From Tubulanus polymorphus (taxonomy: Eukaryota; Animalia; Nemertea): a stretch of 64,000 nt of DNA. How positions within the stretch are numbered: the first letter of the stretch is position 1; every line of letters starts with the position of its first letter. Of this stretch, positions 59,195 to 64,000 are shown piece by piece. A model generated the notes under the pieces. The model was not told the origin of the DNA. It saw nothing but the letters and a program-made list of their open reading frames with translations, and ran no database searches. Where the stretch lies: contig NC_134027.1 in assembly GCF_964204645.1 (NCBI RefSeq), positions 19,554,560 to 19,618,559 on the forward strand, in the 5' to 3' direction. The translations under genes and the position numbers were made by a program.

Positions 59195-59730
59195 TAAAGT
59201 GTTCTATGATTGGGATGAGTTTCAAGTTCATTGTTTTTTGTATATGGCCACCAGGGGGCGTTGAATAATACAATATCTTAGTATTTCTATATTATATTTG
59301 TACCAATACATATTTTGTTACCGCAATCACATGCAAAGTTGTAGCTCATGACATCATCTATGATTGTGGTGAGTTTTAAGGAAATTAGTTATTCTATATG
59401 GTCACCGGGGGGGGCGTTGAATAGTAGAATAACCTGGTATTTCCTTATTATATTGGTACCTAGGCATATTTTGTTACCATGATCAATTGCAAAGTTGTTG
59501 TTCATGACATGTTCTATGAATATGGTGAGTAAAAAGGTTATTGGGTTTTGAATATGGTCACCAGGGGGCGTCGAATAGTAGAATAACTTAGTATTTCCAT
59601 ATTAAATTGGTAACGAGGCATTTTTTGTTATCACAATCAATTATAAAATCGTAGCTGCTGACATGTTTTATGATTGTATTGAGTTTCAAGGTCATTAGTT
59701 TTTGTATATGGTCACCAGAGGGCGTTGAAT
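59195..59730. repeat. ~155-bp tandem repeat x4 with a CTCF-like motif (single related unit at ~54150-54280)
   Basis: ATGG(C/T)CACCAGGGGGCGTTG-type motif at ~59245, 59398, 59554 and 59709. Confidence 0.8.
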
Positions 59731-59971
59731 ATTGAAATTGTTAGATTGTTGAGCATTTGAAACCACTTCCCAAGTGGGCATGGTGTCCCTGGACCCCTAG
59801 TTGTAAATTTCTTTCTGAGATCGCTATAAATCAAATCAAAAACAAATAGGCATTGTAATTATATCTTCATGGTAATCCCTGTTGACATCTTGTATTTCTT
59901 TAGTTAGAAATTTAGTGTTATGGCTGTGGTTAGTAGCACTTTCAAAAAACTGTTTAAAAATTTATTCTCAG

Positions 59972-60090
59972 GTTGGTGTATGACAACAAAACCCGCGCTA
60001 CATTTAACTCACCAGGAGTGGAAACGCGTATTAATGGGTTTGGCAATACGTCAGGTGTTGAATATTTGGATGAAAGTCAATTATCAATTA
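59972..60090 (+). CDS. PLA2G15: PLA2G15-like exon 3 (119 nt)
   Basis: LVYDNKTRATFNSPGVETRINGFGNTSGVEYLD; phase compatible with exon 2a or 2b; AG/GT ends. Confidence 0.9.
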
Positions 60091-61520
60091 GTAAGTCATT
60101 TAAACTCACAAAATCAATGATCAGTAGCTACTAACTCTAGTACTAACTCTCAAGGATTGTGATAGGATCTTTTAAGTTCAACTAAGTTATCCAGGGATGA
60201 AAATCTTCCGCGGATTTCCGTGGTTGGAGGTCCATTTTTATCATTCTTGAGATGATGAAGATCCGTTGAGAAAATGATGGGGGGCTAGGGTGTTGGGGAA
60301 AAGTTGAGAGTTAGATCGTAGCATACTTAAAGAACAGACCGTAAAAGCGTCTCTAGACCCACTGTGAGATCAATGATACTATGATATACGTGTAATAGCC
60401 CAGCAGAGGAAATCTATATTTAGAATCTGTGGTCGCGTATCCAACAAAGCATAGCCTACGTGACTGCAATTAACTGATATCTATCTCAGTGTAGAGTTAA
60501 CAAATAAAAACCCACAGTTAGATCTGTAAAAAGTTTATTTTCTTGACAGTTTTCGATGATTGGGCTTTGTTTAAGCCTCGAAACTGTCTAGAAAATAAAC
60601 TTGTACAGATCTATATTTGTTATCATAGCCTACGTGCTTAATAAAAGTTGTCTTTGTTTTAATTCAGGCACAATGTGCTTGTCTTGAGTGAAAGATTGGA
60701 AGATTATAGGTTAAGGGCTCCTCTTGGGACCCTACTATTTGTTCATTTAGGTATGAACATGTTCTAGTTAGTGATTTGGATATCGCCAGAGCCATCCTTT
60801 TCATGTACTCCAGACATGAACAACGAACGATCAACCATGTGGCAGCAGTCTTATTTTGTCATTGGAAAATGGGCCTCAGTTGCGCCAAAAACTCCTTGAA
60901 ATTTCAAAATTTTCTTGGGGGAGGTCCCCTTTAGGGATATGCACCTTTAGCCAGCAGTAGTTACCCTAATACATTTATTTCAAATTTGTCTGCGTTTTTT
61001 AAACGTTTTTTAATCTTTTTTCATCCCTGGTTATCATGTTCATCTTAATCTACTTTAATTTCAATTGATTCTACTTTTCTCTGAAGAACCAACACTTTGT
61101 TTTCTTGATTAACTAAACTTGAGTCCGAGCAACCACAGAAGGCAGTACTTCTATCTAACATCTCGGTGACTTGACAATAATATTACGAAAATCCCACGAA
61201 AAAGTCCAAAAATTCCTGAAGATGACTATGAGAATATAGTTGAAACGTTGAATAAACAACATGAGCTCAAGGAAACATTTTTAGACTTAATTTTTTCATC
61301 TTTACTGTTGGATTCTTCGTAATATATTATATAGCGAAATGTATTATTATTTGCATAATATATTATATTATTATGTACATCATTTAGTAAACTGTTGTGT
61401 AATCTTGAATTCTGTATTTTCTATATAGTAACTATACTTTTCTATTTATTGTACTGCCAATTGACGGAATTTGAAGAAATATGTTAAAATATGAAATATG
61501 TTAGAATTTCTTATTTTCAG

Positions 61521-61619
61521 CAACGTATTTTCATGAGATAGTTGTAGAGATGGTGAAATGGGGTTATGTTCGTGGACGGTCTGTCAGAGCTGCTCCATTT
61601 GACTTTAGACGTTCAGCCA
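61521..61619 (+). CDS. PLA2G15: PLA2G15-like exon 4 (99 nt)
   Basis: TYFHEIVVEMVKWGYVRGRSVRAAPFDFRRSA (APYDWR-like motif); AG/GT ends. Confidence 0.9.
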
Positions 61620-62173
61620 GTAAGTATGATATGAAATTCGAAAGCTTTTATAATAGTCTTGATTTAAGTCAGAGCCATTCACGGGCTCAAACCTCATTTT
61701 TCCGTAAGGAAAAACCACGGTGATCAAAATTTTCAATTGTATTTTATTCAAATATACAGTGGCATATGAATTTGGCCAACCATCCAATCACATGTGTACT
61801 GTGATTTCCAATTTCAAAATCATAACACCCTGCTTCATTTCTGACAGGTGAGGTTGGTTTGTAACTATGAAACAACTTGAATCAATCAATAAAATAAGTA
61901 AGAGGGAAAATCTTCCCTATTTCAAAATCGCAAAAAAATTTGTGATAATCTTATAGATGTCGATGATGCATAAACTAAATACATCTGAACAAGGAGCAAC
62001 TGCTGATGTGGTTGGCAGTATAGCCTATGCTGTAAAAAGACTGCTATCATGTCCAATTGAGGTTACCAAGTATCGTATATTTAGAAGTAGATAAAGAGGA
62101 CTGGCTCCAGATTCCCACGCTGTCCCACTTCACATTGTACGTAAAATTCGTAATTTTGTTTTTTTTTTTTCAG

Positions 62174-62404
62174 ATGAAATGAGCGACTATTTTATTCAAC
62201 TGAAAAAACTAATCGAAGAAACTTACGCAATGAATGGCAATAAGAAGGTAGTGATAATACCCCACAGTATGGGTAATATCGTTGCGCTGTACTTCCTGAA
62301 CAAAATAGTCAATCAAGCATGGAAAGATAAATATGTCAAAACAATGATTACACTGGCTGGACCATGGGGTGGTGCTTCAAAATTAGTCAGATTAATGGCG
62401 TCAG
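62174..62404 (+). CDS. PLA2G15: PLA2G15-like exon 5 (231 nt) with catalytic Ser
   Basis: KVVIIPHSMG nucleophile elbow, WKDKYV, GPWGG, MASG|GT; later exons are outside the window. Confidence 0.92.
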
Positions 62405-63625
62405 GTTAGTAGAGTAGTTGTTAATATTTGTCTTAGGTGTTCATATGGTAGGCCTCTGAGATGATAGGTTGTAGAGCAGGGTGAGTGAGTGATTTAAGTG
62501 TTTTTGACTATGGTTTCCAAGTCGTTATTTGATGTGAGTGAATGGTTTAGGTTCCAGGATAAGGTAAGGTAGTGTTCCAGGATAACGTAGTGTGGGTGAG
62601 CAATGCTTGTGACTGGGGTGCTAGAAGTTTCCTTTATTTTTGGTTTACCTTTGTTAGCGATATGAAGTTGGCATTGAGCCAATTTCATGTAAAATCGCGG
62701 TACGTTTTTAGCCCACTTGGGACTTAAGTCCCAGCGGGCTATTGCGTTCACTTTTCGTCCGTCCGTCCGTCCGTAGACGGAATCCAGTTATTTTGGGAAG
62801 TTTTGAAGACGCTTCAAGGTAACGTCTTGATATTTGGGTTACACGTGTATCTACCCTAGAAACAACATCTTCAGCCCAAAAACTGGCCCTGTCAGAATCA
62901 AGGTGGCTGACTGGCAGCCATTGTTGTTCGCCAAAATCAGCACTTTTTACACATTTTTGAACTTTTTGAGGGAAATTTTGAAGACGCTTCGATCAATTAC
63001 CTTGATCTTTCGGATATATATGAATCCCCCCAGGGCCCATCAACGAAACAAAAGTTGGGTCAGTCGGACTCAAGATGGCCGTCCTATGACCTTTTTAGTG
63101 CCCAAAAATGTTAATATTTACTTCGAATACATTCCCTGGGAAAATACACTATAGCCATATTGCTTTTGGCTAGGCAGATAACGCCCGAATCGACTTTTGG
63201 TAGGGGCGCCGTAACTTAGCGCCATCTGGCGAGACGCCACCATCTTTTTGCTTGGCGCTTGTTCTCTAGAGAACGTGTTTCGGCAGTGCTCGTAAATCGG
63301 TTAAAATTCTTCGTGTTGGATCGGACATCCGTTCTAATTGATATAAGAAACAGACATAAGAGTGATTGATCTTGGAATAGAAGTCGAACTTCGGGTGAGA
63401 TCGTTTTTAATTTATGCGCATTTCAACATTTTGCCACCGGTTTTCTACTTCCGGTTTCGCGGGAGCGCCGTGCTGTTTTCTAAGCGGCTCCTCCCGCCTT
63501 ATATATTTAATAATTATCATTCAACGTAATTGATTTCCGTCTCATCATTCACGAAAATTAATTATCTGTACTAAAAATCGTATCAATAATTAACCCTTCA
63601 TTTTCAGCTTATTTTAGGGTTTAAC

Positions 63626-64000
63626 ATGTCGGATCACGACGTCTCCAGTTCCTCTAGGGGACCGAGATTTAAACGTTTGGGTAAGGTTGATACACCTTCT
63701 AAGACCCCAGCGTCCTCATCGGGCAAGGTTGATACACCTGAATGCCCGGATACTCGGAAACAGGGCAATGATCCGGGACGATTCGTGTCTAGGTCCAGGT
63801 CCCGATCGAGATTTAGTCGGTCCGACTCTTCGTCTCCTACTAGGCGTAGGCACCAGCGCTCTAATAAAAAACGACGTCGTTCACCGTCTGACCCCAGCTC
63901 TGGGTCAAGGTCTCGTTCTAGGTCCCGTTCTAGAGTAAGTCGAACCTATTCTCCGTCACCTACCAGGCGTAGGCACAAGCGTGCTCATAAGCAACAACGT
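63626..64000 (+). CDS. Arg/Ser-rich ORF open to the window end, probably retrotransposon (DIRS-like) ORF1 in the lipase intron
   Basis: Manual translation MSDHDVSSSSRGPRFKR...SRSRSRSRF...SPTRRRH has no stop in 125 codons; the family assignment is a guess. Confidence 0.45.
   Translation, partial: MSDHDVSSSSRGPRFKRLGKVDTPSKTPASSSGKVDTPECPDTRKQGNDPGRFVSRSRSRSRFSRSDSSSPTRRRHQRSNKKRRRSPSDPSSGSRSRSRSRSRVSRTYSPSPTRRRHKRAHKQQR

Overview
AT-rich animal genomic DNA, probably from a marine bilaterian invertebrate (inferred from spliceosomal introns and the transposon content). Bases 1-45,000 are a stack of nested mobile elements. Polinton/Maverick-like (adintovirus-type) element A (1-5202) is inserted into a decayed relative, C (5203-12678). 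Next come a PIF/Harbinger transposase remnant and a BEL/Pao LTR retrotransposon (15240-40950, TSD CCCGA). The BEL element is interrupted by a ~22 kb Polinton-like element B (17907-40074) encoding integrase, packaging ATPase, major and minor capsid proteins, protein-primed PolB and an HNH nuclease, with a 4.4 kb internal tandem duplication. A fourth short Polinton-like fragment, D, sits inside a CR1 LINE ORF1. Bases 45,000-64,000 hold LINE and MITE debris and exons of a host PLA2G15/LCAT-family lipase gene. The strongest finding is a giant-virus-type intein with a LAGLIDADG block at the YFD|TDS (pol-c) site of element C's protein-primed polymerase. Other highlights are tandem, apparently mutually exclusive 157-nt exons in the lipase gene, ~400-nt fold-back termini whose arms co-vary, poxvirus-like TAAATG starts on most viral genes, and heat-shock/NRF1 motif arrays. 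All calls are by eye from motifs; no database search was run.
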